From: Eledone cirrhosa
Lineage: Eukaryota
Direction of reading: 5' to 3'
Assembly: GCA_964016885.1 (NCBI GenBank)
Contig: OZ024743.1
Location: 305,102,001-305,166,000, forward strand
Length of the DNA stretch: 64,000 bases
Of this stretch, positions 1 to 18,000 are shown one piece after another (within the stretch, counting starts at the first letter, position 1; each line of letters starts with the position of its first letter). The notes beneath the pieces were generated by a model. The model searched no databases. It saw only the letters and a list, made by a program, of their open reading frames with translations, and was not told the origin of the DNA. Both the position numbers and the translations under genes were made by a program.

Positions 1-3000
1 TAGCATGTATAGTGAGTATTTTATCATGACACCAACACTGCCACTTTGTAGCATGTATAGTGAGTATTTTATCATGACACCAACACTACCACTTTATAGC
101 ATGTATTGGGAGTATTTTATCATCACACCAACACTACCACTTTATAGCATGTATTGGGAGTATTTTATCATGACACCAACACTACCACTTTACAACATGT
201 ATTGGGTGTATTTTATCATGACACCAAACTACCACGTTACAACATGTATTGGGTGTATTTTATCATGACACTAAAACTACTACTTTACAACATGTATTGG
301 GTGTATTTTATCATGACACCAACACTACCACTTTACAACATGTATTCGGAGTATTTTATCATGACACCAACACTACAACTTTATAGCATGTATTGGGAGT
401 ATTTTATCATGACACCAACACTACCACTTTACAACATGTATTGGGTGTATTTTATCATGACACCAAACTACCAATTTATCGCATGTATTGGGAGTATTTT
501 ATCATGACACCCAAACTACCACTTTATAGCATGTATTGAGTATATTTAATCATGACACCAAAACAACCACTTTATAGCATGTATTGGGAGTATTTTATCA
601 TGACACCAACTCTACCATTTTATAGCATATATTGGGTATATTTCATCATAATACTAACACTACCACTTTATAGCATGTACCGTGAGTATGTTATCATGAC
701 ACCAAAACTACCACTTTACAGCATGTATTGGGAGTATTTTATCATGACACCAAATCTACCACTTTATAGCATATATTGGAAGTATTTTATCATGGCACCA
801 ACACACACACTTTATAGCATGTATTCAGAGTATTTAATGATGACACCCAAACTACCACTTTATAGCATGTATTCGGAATATTTTATCATGACACCAACAC
901 TACCACTTTATAGCATGTATCGTGAGTATTTTATCATGACACCAACTCTACCAATTTACAACATGTATTCGGAGTATTTTATCATGATACCAACATTACC
1001 ACTTTATAGCATGTATTGTGTATATTTTATCATGACTCCAACACTACCACTTTACAGCGTGTATTGGGACTATTTTATCATGAGACCTAAACTAACACTT
1101 TATGTCATGTATATGGGTGTACTTTATCATGACACCAACACTATCACTTTACAACATGTATTGGATATATTTTATCATGACACCAACTCTACCACCTTAC
1201 ACCGTGTATTTAGAGTATTTTATCATGATAGCAACACTACCACTTTACAGCATGTATTGGGTGTATTTTATCATGACACCAAACCTACTACTTTACAACA
1301 TTTATTGGGTGTATTTTATCATGACACCAAAACTACCACTTTATAGCATGTATTCAGAGTATTTAATGATGACACCCAAACTACCACCTTATAGCATGTA
1401 TTCGGAGTATTTTATCATGACACCAACACTACCACTTTATAGCATGTATTGGGTGTATTTTATCATGACACAAAAACTACCACTTTACAGCATGTATTGT
1501 GAGTATTTTATCATGACACCAACACTACCACTTTACAGCATGTATTGGGTGTATATTATCATGACACCAAATCTATCACTTTATAGCATGTATTGTGAGT
1601 ATTTTATAATGACACCAAAACTACTACTTTACAACATGTATTAGGTGTATTTTATCATGACACCAACACTACCACTTTACAACATTTATTGGGTGTATTT
1701 TATCATGACACCAAAACTACCACTTTATAGCATGTATTGGGTGTATTTTATCATGACCCCAACACTACCACTTTATAGCATGTATTGGGATATTTTATTA
1801 TAACACCAACAATAACTCTTTACAACATGTATTGGGAGTACTTTATCATGACACCAACACTACCACTTTATAGCGTGTATTGGGAGTATTTTATCATGAC
1901 ACCAACACTACCACTTTACGACATGTATTGGGAGTATTTTATCATGACACCAACACTACCACTTTATAGCATGTATTGGGAGTATTTTATCATTGCACCA
2001 ACACTACCACTTTATAGCGTGTATTGGGTGTATTTTATCATGACACAAACACTACCACTTTATAGCATGTATTGGGTGTATTTTATCATGGCACCAACAC
2101 ACCCACTTTATAGCATGTATTCAGAGTATTTAATGATGACACCCAAACTACCACTTTATAGCATGTATTGGGAGTATTTTATCATGACACCAACTCTACC
2201 ATTTTATAGCATATATTGGGTATATTTCATCATAATACTAACACTACCACTTTATAGCATGTACCGTGAGTATGTTATCATGACACCAAAACTACCACTT
2301 TACAGCATGTATTGGGAGTATTTTATCATGACACCAAATCTACCACTTTATAGCATATATTGGAAGTATTTTATCATGGCACCAACACACACACTTTATA
2401 GCATGTATTCAGAGTATTTAATGATGACACCCAAACTACCACTTTATAGCATGTATTCGGAATATTTTATCATGACACCAACACTACCACTTTATAGCAT
2501 GTATCGTGAGTATTTTATCATGACACCAACTCTACCAATTTACAACATGTATTCGGAGTATTTTATCATGATACCAACATTACCACTTTATAGCATGTAT
2601 TGTGTATATTTTATCATGACTCCAACACTACCACTTTACAGCGTGTATTGGGACTATTTTATCATGAGACCTAAACTAACACTTTATGTCATGTATATGG
2701 GTGTACTTTATCATGACACCAACACTATCACTTTACAACATGTATTGGATATATTTTATCATGACACCAACTCTACCACCTTACACCGTGTATTTAGAGT
2801 ATTTTATCATGATAGCAACACTACCACTTTACAGCATGTATTGGGTGTATTTTATCATGACACCAAACCTACTACTTTACAACATTTATTGGGTGTATTT
2901 TATCATGACACCAAAACTACCACTTTATAGCATGTATTCAGAGTATTTAATGATGACACCCAAACTACCACCTTATAGCATGTATTCGGAGTATTTTATC

Positions 3001-6000
3001 ATGACACCAACACTACCACTTTATAGCATGTATTGGGTGTATTTTATCATGACACAAAAACTACCACTTTACAGCATGTATTGTGAGTATTTTATTATGA
3101 CACCAACACTACCACTTTACAGCATGTATTGGGTGTATATTATCATGACACCAAATCTATCACTTTATAGCATGTATTGTGAGTATTTTATAATGACACC
3201 AAAACTAATACTTTACAACATGTATTAGGTGTATTTTATCATGACACCAACACTACCACTTTACAACATTTATTGGGTGTATTTTATCATGACACCAAAA
3301 CTACCACTTTATAGCATGTATTGGGTGTATTTTATCATGACCCCAACACTACCACTTTATAGCATGTATTGGGATATTTTATTATAACACCAACAATAAC
3401 TCTTTACAACATGTATTGGGAGTACTTTATCATGACACCAACACTACCACTTTATAGCGTGTATTGGGAGTATTTTATCATGACACCAACACTACCACTT
3501 TACGACATGTATTGGGAGTATTTTATCATGACACCAACACTACCACTTTATAGCATGTATTGGGAGTATTTTATCATTGCACCAACACTACCACTTTATA
3601 GCGTGTATTGGGTGTATTTTATCATGACACAAACACTACCACTTTATAGCATGTATTGGGTGTATTTTATCATGGCACCAACACACCCACTTTATAGCAT
3701 GTATTCAGAGTATTTAATGATGACACCCAAACTACCACTTTATAGCATGTATTGGGAGTATTTTATCATGACACCAACTCTACCATTTTATAGCATATAT
3801 TGGGTATATTTCATCATAATACTAACACTACCACTTTATAGCATGTACCGTGAGTATGTTATCATGACACCAAAACTACTACTTTACAACATGTATTAGG
3901 TGTATTTTATCATGACACCAACACTACCACTTTACAACATTTATTGGGTGTATTTTATCATGACACCAAAACTACCACTTTATAGCATGTATTGGGTGTA
4001 TTTTATCATGACCCCAACACTACCACTTTATAGCATGTATTGGGATATTTTATTATAACACCAACAATAACTCTTTACAACATGTATTGGGAGTACTTTA
4101 TCATGACACCAACACTACCACTTTATAGCATGTATTCGGAGTATTTTATCATGACACCAACACTACCACTTTATAGCGTGTATTGGGAGTATTTTATCAT
4201 GACACCAACACTACCACTTTACAACATGTATAGTGAGTATTTTATCATGACACCAACACTACCACTTTATAGCATGTATTGGGAGTATTTTATCATGACA
4301 ACAACAGTACCACTTTATAGCATGTATTGGGTGTATTTTATCATGACACCAAACTACCACGTTACAACATGTATTGGGTATATTTTATCATGACACCAAC
4401 ACTACCACTTTATAGCATGTATTGGGTGTATGTTATCATGACACCAACACTACCACTTTATAGCATGTATAGTGAGTATTTTATCATGACACCAACACTA
4501 CCACATTATAGCATGTATTGGGTGTATTTTATCATGACACCAACACTACCACTTTATAGCATGTATAGTGAGTATTTTATCATGACACCAACACTGCCAC
4601 TTTATAGCATGTATAGTGAGTATTTTATCATGACACCAACACTACCACTTTATAGCATGTATTGGGAGTATTTTATCATCACACCAACACTACCACTTTA
4701 TAGCATGTATTGGGAGTATTTTATCATGACACCAACACTACCACTTTACAACATGTATTGGGTGTATTTTATCATGACACCAAACTACCACGTTACAACA
4801 TGTATTGGGTGTATTTTATCATGACACTAAAACTACTACTTTACAACATGTATTGGGTGTATTTTATCATGACACCAACACTACCACTTTACAACATGTA
4901 TTCGGAGTATTTTATCATGACACCAACACTACAACTTTATAGCATGTATTGGGAGTATTTTATCATGACACCAACACTACCACTTTACAACATGTATTGG
5001 GTGTATTTTATCATGACACCAAACTACCAATTTATCGCATGTATTGGGAGTATTTTATCATGACACCCAAACTACCACTTTATAGCATGTATTGAGTATA
5101 TTTAATCATGACACCAAAACAACCACTTTATAGCATGTATTGGGAGTATTTTATCATGACACCAACTCTACCATTTTATAGCATATATTGGGTATATTTC
5201 ATCATAATACTAACACTACCACTTTATAGCATGTACCGTGAGTATGTTATCATGACACCAAAACTACCACTTTACAGCATGTATTGGGAGTATTTTATCA
5301 TGACACCAAATCTACCACTTTATAGCATATATTGGAAGTATTTTATCATGGCACCAACACACACACTTTATAGCATGTATTCAGAGTATTTAATGATGAC
5401 ACCCAAACTACCACTTTATAGCATGTATTCGGAATATTTTATCATGACACCAACACTACCACTTTATAGCATGTATCGTGAGTATTTTATCATGACACCA
5501 ACTCTACCAATTTACAACATGTATTCGGAGTATTTTATCATGATACCAACATTACCACTTTATAGCATGTATTGTGTATATTTTATCATGACTCCAACAC
5601 TACCACTTTACAGCGTGTATTGGGACTATTTTATCATGAGACCTAAACTAACACTTTATGTCATGTATATGGGTGTACTTTATCATGACACCAACACTAT
5701 CACTTTACAACATGTATTGGATATATTTTATCATGACACCAACTCTACCACCTTACACCGTGTATTTAGAGTATTTTATCATGATAGCAACACTACCACT
5801 TTACAGCATGTATTGGGTGTATTTTATCATGACACCAAACCTACTACTTTACAACATTTATTGGGTGTATTTTATCATGACACCAAAACTACCACTTTAT
5901 AGCATGTATTCAGAGTATTTAATGATGACACCCAAACTACCACCTTATAGCATGTATTCGGAGTATTTTATCATGACACCAACACTACCACTTTATAGCA

Positions 6001-9000
6001 TGTATTGGGTGTATTTTATCATGACACCAAAACTACCACTTTACAGCATGTATTGTGAGTATTTTATCATGACACCAACACTACCACTTTACAGCATGTA
6101 TTGGGTGTATATTATCATGACACCAAATCTATCACTTTATAGCATGTATTGTGAGTATTTTATAATGACACCAAAACTACTACTTTACAACATGTATTAG
6201 GTGTATTTTATCATGACACCAACACTACCACTTTACAACATTTATTGGGTGTATTTTATCATGACACCAAAACTACCACTTTATAGCATGTATTGGGTGT
6301 ATTTTATCATGACCCCAACACTACCACTTTATAGCATGTATTGGGATATTTTATTATAACACCAACAATAACTCTTTACAACATGTATTGGGAGTACTTT
6401 ATCATGACACCAACACTACCACTTTATAGCGTGTATTGGGAGTATTTTATCATGACACCAACACTACCACTTTACGACATGTATTGGGAGTATTTTATCA
6501 TGACACCAACACTACCACTTTATAGCATGTATTGGGAGTATTTTATCATTGCACCAACACTACCACTTTATAGCGTGTATTGGGTGTATTTTATCATGAC
6601 ACAAACACTACCACTTTATAGCATGTATTGGGTGTATTTTATCATGGCACCAACACACCCACTTTATAGCATGTATTCAGAGTATTTAATGATGACACCC
6701 AAACTACCACTTTATAGCATGTATTGGGAGTATTTTATCATGACACCAACACTACCACTTTACAACATGTATAGTGAGTATTTTATCATGACACCAACAC
6801 TACCACTTTATAGCATGTATTGGGAGTATTTTATCATGACACCAACACTACCACTTTATAGCATGTATTGGGTGTATTTTATCATGACACCAACACTACC
6901 ACTTTATAGCATGTATTCGGAGTATTTTATCATGACACCAACACTACCACTTTATAGCGTGTATTGGGAGTATTTTATCATGACACCAACACTACCACTT
7001 TACAACATGTATAGTGAGTATTTTATCATGACACCAACACTACCACTTTATAGCATGTATTGGGAGTATTTTATCATGACAACAACACTACCACTTTATA
7101 GCATGTATTGGGTGTATTTTATCATGACACCAAACTACCACGTTACAACATGTATTGGGTATATTTTATCATGACACCAACACTACCACTTTATAGCATG
7201 TATTGGGTGTATGTTATCATGACACCAACACTACCACTTTATAGTATGTATAGTGAGTATTTTATCATGACACCAACACTACCACATTATAGCATGTATT
7301 GGGTGTATTTTATCATGACACCAACACTACCACTTTATAGCATGTATAGTGAGTATTTTATCATGACACCAACACTGCCACTTTATAGCATGTATAGTGA
7401 GTATTTTATCATGACACCAACACTACCACTTTATAGCATGTATTGGGAGTATTTTATCATCACACCAACACTACCACTTTACAACATGTATTGGGTGTAT
7501 TTTATCATGACACCAAACTACCACGTTACAACATGTATTGGGTGTATTTTATCATGACACTAAAACTACTACTTTACAACATGTATTGGGTGTATTTTAT
7601 CATGACACCAACACTACCACTTTACAACATGTATTCGGAGTATTTTATCATGACACCAACACTACAACTTTATAGCATGTATTGGGAGTATTTTATCATG
7701 ACACCAACACTACCACTTTACAACATGTATTGGGTGTATTTTATCATGACACCAAGCTACCACGTTACAACATGTATTGGGTGTATTTTATCATGACACT
7801 AAAACTACTACTTTACAACATGTATTGGGTGTATTTTATCATGACACCAACACTACCACTTTACAACATGTATTCGGAGTATTTTATCATGACACCAACA
7901 CTACCACTTTATAGCATGTATTGGGAGTATTTTATCATGACACCAACACTACCACTTTATAGCATGTATTGGGAGTATTTTATCATGACACCAACACTAC
8001 CACTTTATAGCGTGTATTGGGAGTATTTTATCATGACACCAACACTACCACTTTATAGCATGTATTGGGAGTATTTTATCATGACACACACACTACCACT
8101 TTATAGCATGTATTGGGTGTATTTTATCATGACACCAACACTACCACGTTACAACATGTATTGGATATATTTTATCATGACACCAACACTACCACTTTAT
8201 AGCATGTATTGGGTGTATGTTATCATGACACCAACACTACCACTTTATAGCATGTATAGTGAGTATTTTATCATGACACCAACACTACCACATTATAGCA
8301 TGTATAGTGAGTATTTTATCATGACACCAACACTGCCACTTTATAGCATGTATAGTGAGTATTTTATCATGACACCAACACTACCACTTTATAGCATGTA
8401 TTGGGAGTATTTTATCATCACACCAACACTACCACTTTATAGCATGTATTGGGAGTATTTTATCATGACACCAACACTACCACTTTACAACATGTATTGG
8501 GTGTATTTTATCATGACACCAAACTACCACGTTACAACATGTATTGGGTGTATTTTATCATGACACTAAAACTACTACTTTACAACATGTATTGGGTGTA
8601 TTTTATCATGACACCAACACTACCACTTTACAACATGTATTCGGAGTATTTTATCATGAGACCAACACTACAACTTTATAGCATGTATTGGGAGTATTTT
8701 ATCATGACACCAACACTACCACTTTACAACATGTATTGGGTGTATTTTATCATGACACCAAACTACCACGTTACAACATGTATTGGGTGTATTTTATCAT
8801 GACACTAAAACTACTACTTTACAACATGTATTGGGTGTATTTTATCATGACACCAACATTACCACTTTACAACATGTATTCGGAGTATTTTATCATGACA
8901 CCAACACTACCACTTTATAGCATGTATTGGGAGTATTTTATCATGACACCAACACTACCACTTTATAGCATGTATTGGGAGTATTTTATCATGACACCAA

Positions 9001-12000
9001 CACTACCACTTTATAGCGTGTATTGGGAGTATTTTATCATGACACCAACACTACCACTTTATAGGATGTATTGGGAGTATTTTATCATGACACACACACT
9101 ACCACTTTATAGCATGTATTGGGTGTATTTTATCATGACACCAACACTACCACTTTATAGCATGTATTGGGTGTATTTTATAATGACACCAACACTACCA
9201 CTTTACGACATGTATTAGGTGTATTTTATCATGACACCAACACTACCACCTTATAGCATGTGTTGGGTGTATTTTATCATCACACCAACACTACCACTTT
9301 ATAGCATGTATTGGGTGTATTTTATCATGGCACCAACACTACCACTTTACAACATTTATTGGGTGTATTTTATCATGACACCAAAACTACCACTTTATAG
9401 CATGTATTGGGACTATTTTATTATGACCCCAACACTACCACTTTATAGCATGTATTGGGATATTTTATTATAACACCAACAATAACTCTTTACAACATGT
9501 ATTGGGAGTACTTTATCATGACACCAACACTACCACTTTATAGCGTGTATTGGGAGTATTTTATCATGACACCAACACTACCACTTTACGACATGTATTG
9601 GGAGTATTTTATCATGACACCAACACTACCACTTTATAGCATGTATTGGGAGTATTTTATCATGGCACCAACACTACCACTTTATAGCGTGTATTGGGTG
9701 TATTTTATCATGACACCAACACTACCACTTTATAGCATGTATTGGGTGTATTTTATCATGGCAGCAACACACCCACTTTATAGCATGTATTGGGTGTATT
9801 TTATCATGGCACCAACACACCCACTTTATAGCATGTATTCAGAGTATTTAATGATGACACCCAAACTACCACTTTATAGCATGTATTGGGAGTATTTTAT
9901 CATGACACCAACACTACCACTTTACAACATGTATAGTGAGTATTTTCTCATGACACCAACACTACCACTTTATAGCATGTATTGGGAGTATTTTATCATG
10001 ACACCAACACTACCACTTTATAGCATGTATTGGGTGTATTTTATCATGACACCAACACTACCACTTTATAGCATGTATTCGGAGTATTTTATCATGACAC
10101 CAACACTACCACTTTATAGCGTGTATTGGGAGTATTTTATCATGACACCAACACTACCACTTTACATGTATAGTGAGTATTTTATCATGACACCAACACT
10201 ACCACTTTATAGCATGTATTGGGAGTATTTTATCATGACACCAACACTACAACTTTATAGCATGTATTGGGTGTATTTTATGATGACACCAACACTACCA
10301 CTTTATAGCATGTATAGTGAGTATTTTATCTTGACACCAACACTACCACTTTATAGCATGTATAGTGAGTATTTTATCATGACACCAACACTACCACTTT
10401 ATAGCATGTATTGGGAGTATTTTATCATGACACCAACACTACCACTTTATAGCATGTATTGGGTGTATGTTATCATGACACCAACACTACCACTTTATAG
10501 CATGTATAGTGAGTATTTTATCATGACACCAACACTACCACTTTATAGCATGTATAGTGAGTATTTTATCTTGACACCAACACTACCACTTTATAGCATG
10601 TATAGTGAGTATTTTATCATGACACCAACACTACCACTTTATAGCATGTATTGGGAGTATTTTATCATGACACCAACACTACCACTTTATAGCATGTATT
10701 GGGAGTATTTTATCATGACACCAACACTACCACTTTACAACATGTATAGTGAGTATTTTATCATGACACCAACACTACCACTTTATAGCATGTATTGGGA
10801 GTATTTTATCATGACACCAACACTACCACTTTATAGCATGTATTGGGTGTATTTTATCATGACACCAACACTACCACTTTATAGCATGTATTCGGAGTAT
10901 TTTATCATGACACCAACACTACCACTTTATAGCGTGTATTGGGAGTATTTTATCATGACACCAACACTACCACTTTACAACATGTATAGTGAGTATTTTA
11001 TCATGACACCAACACTACCACTTTATAGCATGTATTGGGAGTATTTTATCATGACAACAACACTACCACTTTATAGCATGTATTGGGTGTATTTTATCAT
11101 GACACCAAACTACCACGTTACAACATGTATTGGGTATATTTTATCATGACACCAACACTACCACTTTATAGCATGTATTGGGTGTATGTTATCATGATAC
11201 CAACACTACCACTTTATAGCATGTATAGTGAGTATTTTATCATGACACCAACACTACCACATTATAGCATGTATTGGGTGTATTTTATCATGACACCAAC
11301 ACTACCACTTTATAGCATGTATAGTGAGTATTTTATCATGACACCAACACTACCACTTTATAGCATGTATAGTGAGTATTTTATCATGACACCAACACTA
11401 CCACTTTATAGCATGTATTGGGAGTATTTTATCATCACACCAACACTACCACTTTATAGCATGTATTGGGAGTATTTTATCATGACACCAACACTACCAC
11501 TTTACAACATGTATTGGGTGTATTTTATCATGACACCAAACTACCACGTTACAACATGTATTGGGTGTATTTTATCATGACACTAAAACTACTACTTTAC
11601 AACATGTATTGGGTGTATTTTATCATGACACCAACACTACCTCTTTACAACATGTATTCGGAGTATTTTATCATGACACCAACACTACAACTTTATAGCA
11701 TGTATTGGGAGTATTTTATCATGACACCAACACTACAACTTTATAGCATGTATTGGGAGTATTTTATCATGACACCAACACTACCACTTTATAGCATGTA
11801 TTGGGAGTATTTTATCATGACACCAACACTACCACTTTATAGCGTGTATTGGGAGTATTTTATCATGACACCAACACTACCACTTTATAGCATGTATTCG
11901 GAGTATTTTATGATGACACATACACTACCACTTTATAGCATGTATTGGGTGTATTTTATCATGACACCAACACTACCACTTTATAGCATGTATTGGGTGT

Positions 12001-15000
12001 ATTTTATAATGACACCAAAACTACTACTTTACAACATGTATTAGGTGTATTTTATCATGACACCAACACTACCACCTTATAGCATGTGTTGGGTGTATTT
12101 TATCATCACACCAACACTACCACTTTATAGCATGTATTGGGAGTATTTTATCATGGCACCAACACTACCACTTTACAACATTTATTGGGTGTATTTTATC
12201 ATGACACCAAAACTACCACTTTATAGCATGTATTGGGACTATTTTATTATGACCCCAACACTACCACTTTATAGCATGTATTGGGATATTTTATTATAAC
12301 ACCAACAATAACTCTTTACAACATGTATTGGGAGTACTTTATCATGACACCAACACTACCACTTTATAGCGTGTATTGGGAGTATTTTATCATGACACCA
12401 ACACTACCACTTTACGACATGTATTGGGAGTATTTTATCATGACACCAACACTACCACTTTATAGCATGTATTGGGAGTATTTTATCATGGCACCAACAC
12501 TACCACTTTATAGCGTGTATTGGGTGTATTTTATCATGACACCAACACTACCACTTTATAGCATGTATTGGGTGTATTTTATCATGGCACCAACACACCC
12601 ACTTTATAGCATGTATTGGGTGTATTTTATCATGGCACCAACACACCCACTTTATAGCATGTATTCAGAGTATTTAATGATGACACCCAAACTACCACTT
12701 TATAGCATGTATTGGGAGTATTTTATCATGACACCAACACTACCACTTTACAACATGTATAGTGAGTATTTTATCATGACACCAACACTACCACTTTATA
12801 GCATGTATTGGGAGTATTTTATCATGACACCAACACTACCACTTTATAGCATGTATTGGGTGTATTTTATCATGACACCAACACTACCACTTTATAGCAT
12901 GTATTCGGAGTATTTTATCATGACACCAACACTACCACTTTATAGGATGTATTGGGAGTATTTTATCATGACACACACACTACCACTTTATAGCATGTAT
13001 TGGGTGTATTTTATCATGACACCAACACTACCACTTTATAGCATGTATTGGGTGTATTTTATAATGACACCAAAACTACTACTTTACAACATGTATTAGG
13101 TGTATTTTATCATGACACCAACACTACCACCTTATAGCATGTGTTGGGTGTATTTTATCATCACACCAACACTACCACTTTATAGCATGTATTGGGTGTA
13201 TTTTATCATGGCACCAACACTACCACTTTACAACATTTATTGGGTGTATTTTATCATGACACCAAAACTACCACTGTAGTATTGGGACTACCACAAAACT
13301 ACCACTGCATGTATTGGGACTATTTTATTATGACCCCAACACTACCACTTTATAGCATGTATTGGGATATTTTATTATAACACCAACAATAACTCTTTAC
13401 AACATGTATTGGGAGTACTTTATCATGACACCAACACTACCACTTTATAGCGTGTATTGGGAGTATTTTATCATGACACCAACACTACCACTTTACGACA
13501 TGTATTGGGAGTATTTTATCATGACACCAACACTACCACTTTATAGCATGTATTGGGAGTATTTTATCATGGCACCAACACTACCACTTTATAGCGTGTA
13601 TTGGGTGTATTTTATCATGACACCAACACTACCACTTTATAGCATGTATTGGGTGTATTTTATCATGGCAGCAACACACCCACTTTATAGCATGTATTGG
13701 GTGTATTTTATCATGGCACCAACACACCCACTTTATAGCATGTATTCAGAGTATTTAATGATGACACCCAAACTACCACTTTATAGCATGTATTGGGAGT
13801 ATTTTATCATGACACCAACACTACCACTTTACAACATGTATAGTGAGTATTTTCTCATGACACCAACACTACCACTTTATAGCATGTATTGGGAGTATTT
13901 TATCATGACACCAACACTACCACTTTATAGCATGTATTGGGTGTATTTTATCATGACACCAACACTACCACTTTATAGCATGTATTCGGAGTATTTTATC
14001 ATGACACCAACACTACCACTTTATAGCGTGTATTGGGAGTATTTTATCATGACACCAACACTACCACTTTACATGTATAGTGAGTATTTTATCATGACAC
14101 CAACACTACCACTTTATAGCATGTATTGGGAGTATTTTATCATGACACCAACACTACAACTTTATAGCATGTATTGGGTGTATTTTATGATGACACCAAC
14201 ACTACCACTTTATAGCATGTATAGTGAGTATTTTATCTTGACACCAACACTACCACTTTATAGCATGTATAGTGAGTATTTTATCATGACACCAACACTA
14301 CCACTTTATAGCATGTATTGGGAGTATTTTATCATGACACCAACACTACCACTTTATAGCATGTATTGGGTGTATGTTATCATGACACCAACACTACCAC
14401 TTTATAGCATGTATAGTGAGTATTTTATCATGACACCAACACTACCACTTTATAGCATGTATAGTGAGTATTTTATCTTGACACCAACACTACCACTTTA
14501 TAGCATGTATAGTGAGTATTTTATCATGACACCAACACTACCACTTTATAGCATGTATTGGGAGTATTTTATCATGACACCAACACTACCACTTTATAGC
14601 ATGTATTGGGAGTATTTTATCATGACACCAACACTACCACTTTACAACATGTATAGTGAGTATTTTATCATGACACCAACACTACCACTTTATAGCATGT
14701 ATTGGGAGTATTTTATCATGACACAAACACTACCACTTTATAGCATGTATTGGGTGTATTTTATCATGACACCAACACTACCACTTTATAGCATGTATTC
14801 GGAGTATTTTATCATGACACCAACACTACCACTTTATAGCGTGTATTGGGAGTATTTTATCATGACACCAACACTACCACTTTACAACATGTATAGTGAG
14901 TATTTTATCATGACACCAACACTACCACTTTATAGCATGTATTGGGAGTATTTTATCATGACAACAACACTACCACTTTATAGCATGTATTGGGTGTATT

Positions 15001-18000
15001 TTATCATGACACCAAACTACCACGTTACAACATGTATTGGGTATATTTTATCATGACACCAACACTACCACTTTATAGCATGTATTGGGTGTATGTTATC
15101 ATGACACCAACACTACGACTTTATAGCATGTATAGTGAGTATTTTATCATGACACCAACACTACCACATTATAGCATGTATTGGGTGTATTTTATCATGA
15201 CACCAACACTACCACTTTATAGAATGTATAGTGAGTATTTTATCATGACCCCAACACTACCACTCTATAGCATGTATAGTGAGTATTTTATCATGACACC
15301 AACACTACCACTTTATAGCATGTATTGGGAGTATTTTATCATCACACCAACACTACCACTTTATAGCATGTATTGGGAGTATTTTATCATGACACCAACA
15401 CTACCACTTTACAACATGTATTGGGTGTATTTTATCATGACACCAAACTACCTCGTTACAACATGTATTGGGTGTATTTTATCATGACACTAAAACTACT
15501 ACTTTACAACATGTATTGGGTGTATTTTCTCATGACACCAAACTACCACGTTACAACATGTATTGGGTGTATTTTATCATGACACTAAAACTACTACTTT
15601 ACAACATGTATTGGGTGTATTTTATCATGACACCAACACTACCACTTTACAACATGTATTCGGAGTATTTTATCATGACACCAACACTACCACTTTATAG
15701 CATGTATTGGGAGTATTTTATCATGACACCAACACTACCACTTTATAGCAAGTATTGGGAGTATTTTATCATGACACCAACACTACCACTTTATAGCGTG
15801 TATTGGGAGTATTTTAGCATGACACCAACACTACCACTTTATAGCATGTATTGGGAGTATTTTATCATGACACACACACTACCACTTTATAGCATGTATT
15901 GGGTGTATTTTATCATGACACCAACACTACCACTTTATAGCATGTATTGGGTGTATTTTATAATGACACCAAAACTACTACTTTACAACATGTATTAGGT
16001 GTATTTTATCATGACACCAACACTACCACCTTATAGCATGTGTTGGGTGTATTTTATCATCACACCAACACTACCACTTTATAGCATGTATTTGGAGTAT
16101 TTTATCATGGCACCAACACTACCACTTTACAACATTTATTGGGTGTATTTTATCATGACACCAAAACTACCACTTTATAGCATGTATTGGGACTATTTTA
16201 TTATGACCCCAACACTACCACTTTATAGCATGTATTGGGATATTTTATTATAACACCAACAATAACTCTTTACAACATGTATTGGGAGTACTTTATCATG
16301 ACACCAACACTACCACTTTATAGCGTGTATTGGGAGTATTTTATCATGACACCAACACTACCACTTTACGACATGTATTGGGAGTATTTTATCATGACAC
16401 CAACACTACCACTTTATAGCATGTATTGGGAGTATTTTATCATGGCACCAACACTACCACTTTATAGCGTGTATTGGGTGTATTTTATCATGACACCAAC
16501 ACTACCACTTTATAGCATGTATTGGGTGTATTTTATCATGGCACCAACACACCCACTTTATAGCATGTATTGGGTGTATTTTATCATGGCACCAACACAC
16601 CCACTTTATAGCATGTATTCAGAGTATTTAATGATGACACCCAAACTACCACTTTATAGCATGTATTGGGAGTATTTTATCATGACACCAACACTACCAC
16701 TTTACAACATGTATAGTGAGTATTTTATCATGACACCAACACTACCACTTTATAGCATGTATTGGGAGTATTTTATCATGACACCAACACTACCACTTTA
16801 TAGCATGTATTGGGTGTATTTTATCATGACACCAACACTACCACTTTATAGCATGTATTCGGAGTATTTTATCATGACACCAACACTACCACTTTATAGC
16901 GTGTATTGGGAGTATTTTATCATGACACCAACACTACCACTTTACATGTATAGTGAGTATTTTATCATGACACCAACACTACCACTTTATAGCATGTATT
17001 GGGAGTATTTTATCATGACACCAACACTACCACTTTATAGCATGTATTGGGTGTATTTTATCATGACACCAACACTACCACTTTATAGCATGTATAGTGA
17101 GTATTTTATCTTGACACCAACACTACCACTTTATAGCATGTATTGGGAGTATTTTATCATGACACCAACACTACCACTTTATAGCATGTATTGGGTGTAT
17201 GTTATCATGACACCAACACTACCACTTTATAGCATGTATAGTGAGTATTTTATCATGACACCAACACTACCACTTTATAGCATGTATTGGGTGTATGTTA
17301 TCATGACACCAACACTACCACTTTATAGCATGTATAGTGAGTATTTTATCTTGACACCAACACTACCACTTTATAGCATGTATAGTGAGTATTTTATCAT
17401 GACACCAACACTACCACTTTATAGCATGTATTGGGAGTATTTTATCATGACACCAACACTACCACTTTATAGCATGTATTGGGAGTATTTTATCATGACA
17501 CCAACACTACCACTTTACAACATGTATAGTGAGTATTTTATCATGACACCAACACTACCACTTTATAGCATGTATTGGGAGTATTTTATCATGACACCAA
17601 CACTACCACTTTATAGCATGTATTGTGTGTATTTTATCATGACACCAACACTACCACTTTATAGCATGTATTCGGAGTATTTTATCATGACACCAACACT
17701 ACCACTTTATAGCGTGTATTGGGAGTATTTTATCATGACACCAACACTACCACTTTACAACATGTATAGTGAGTATTTTATCATGACACCAACACTACCA
17801 CTTTATAGCATGTATTGGGAGTATTTTATCATGACAACAACACTACCACTTTATAGCATGTATTGGGTGTATTTTATCATGACACCAAACTACCACGTTA
17901 CAACATGTATTGGGTATATTTTATCATGACACCAACACTACCACTTTATAGCATGTATTGGGTGTATGTTATCATGACACCAACACTACCACTTTATAGC

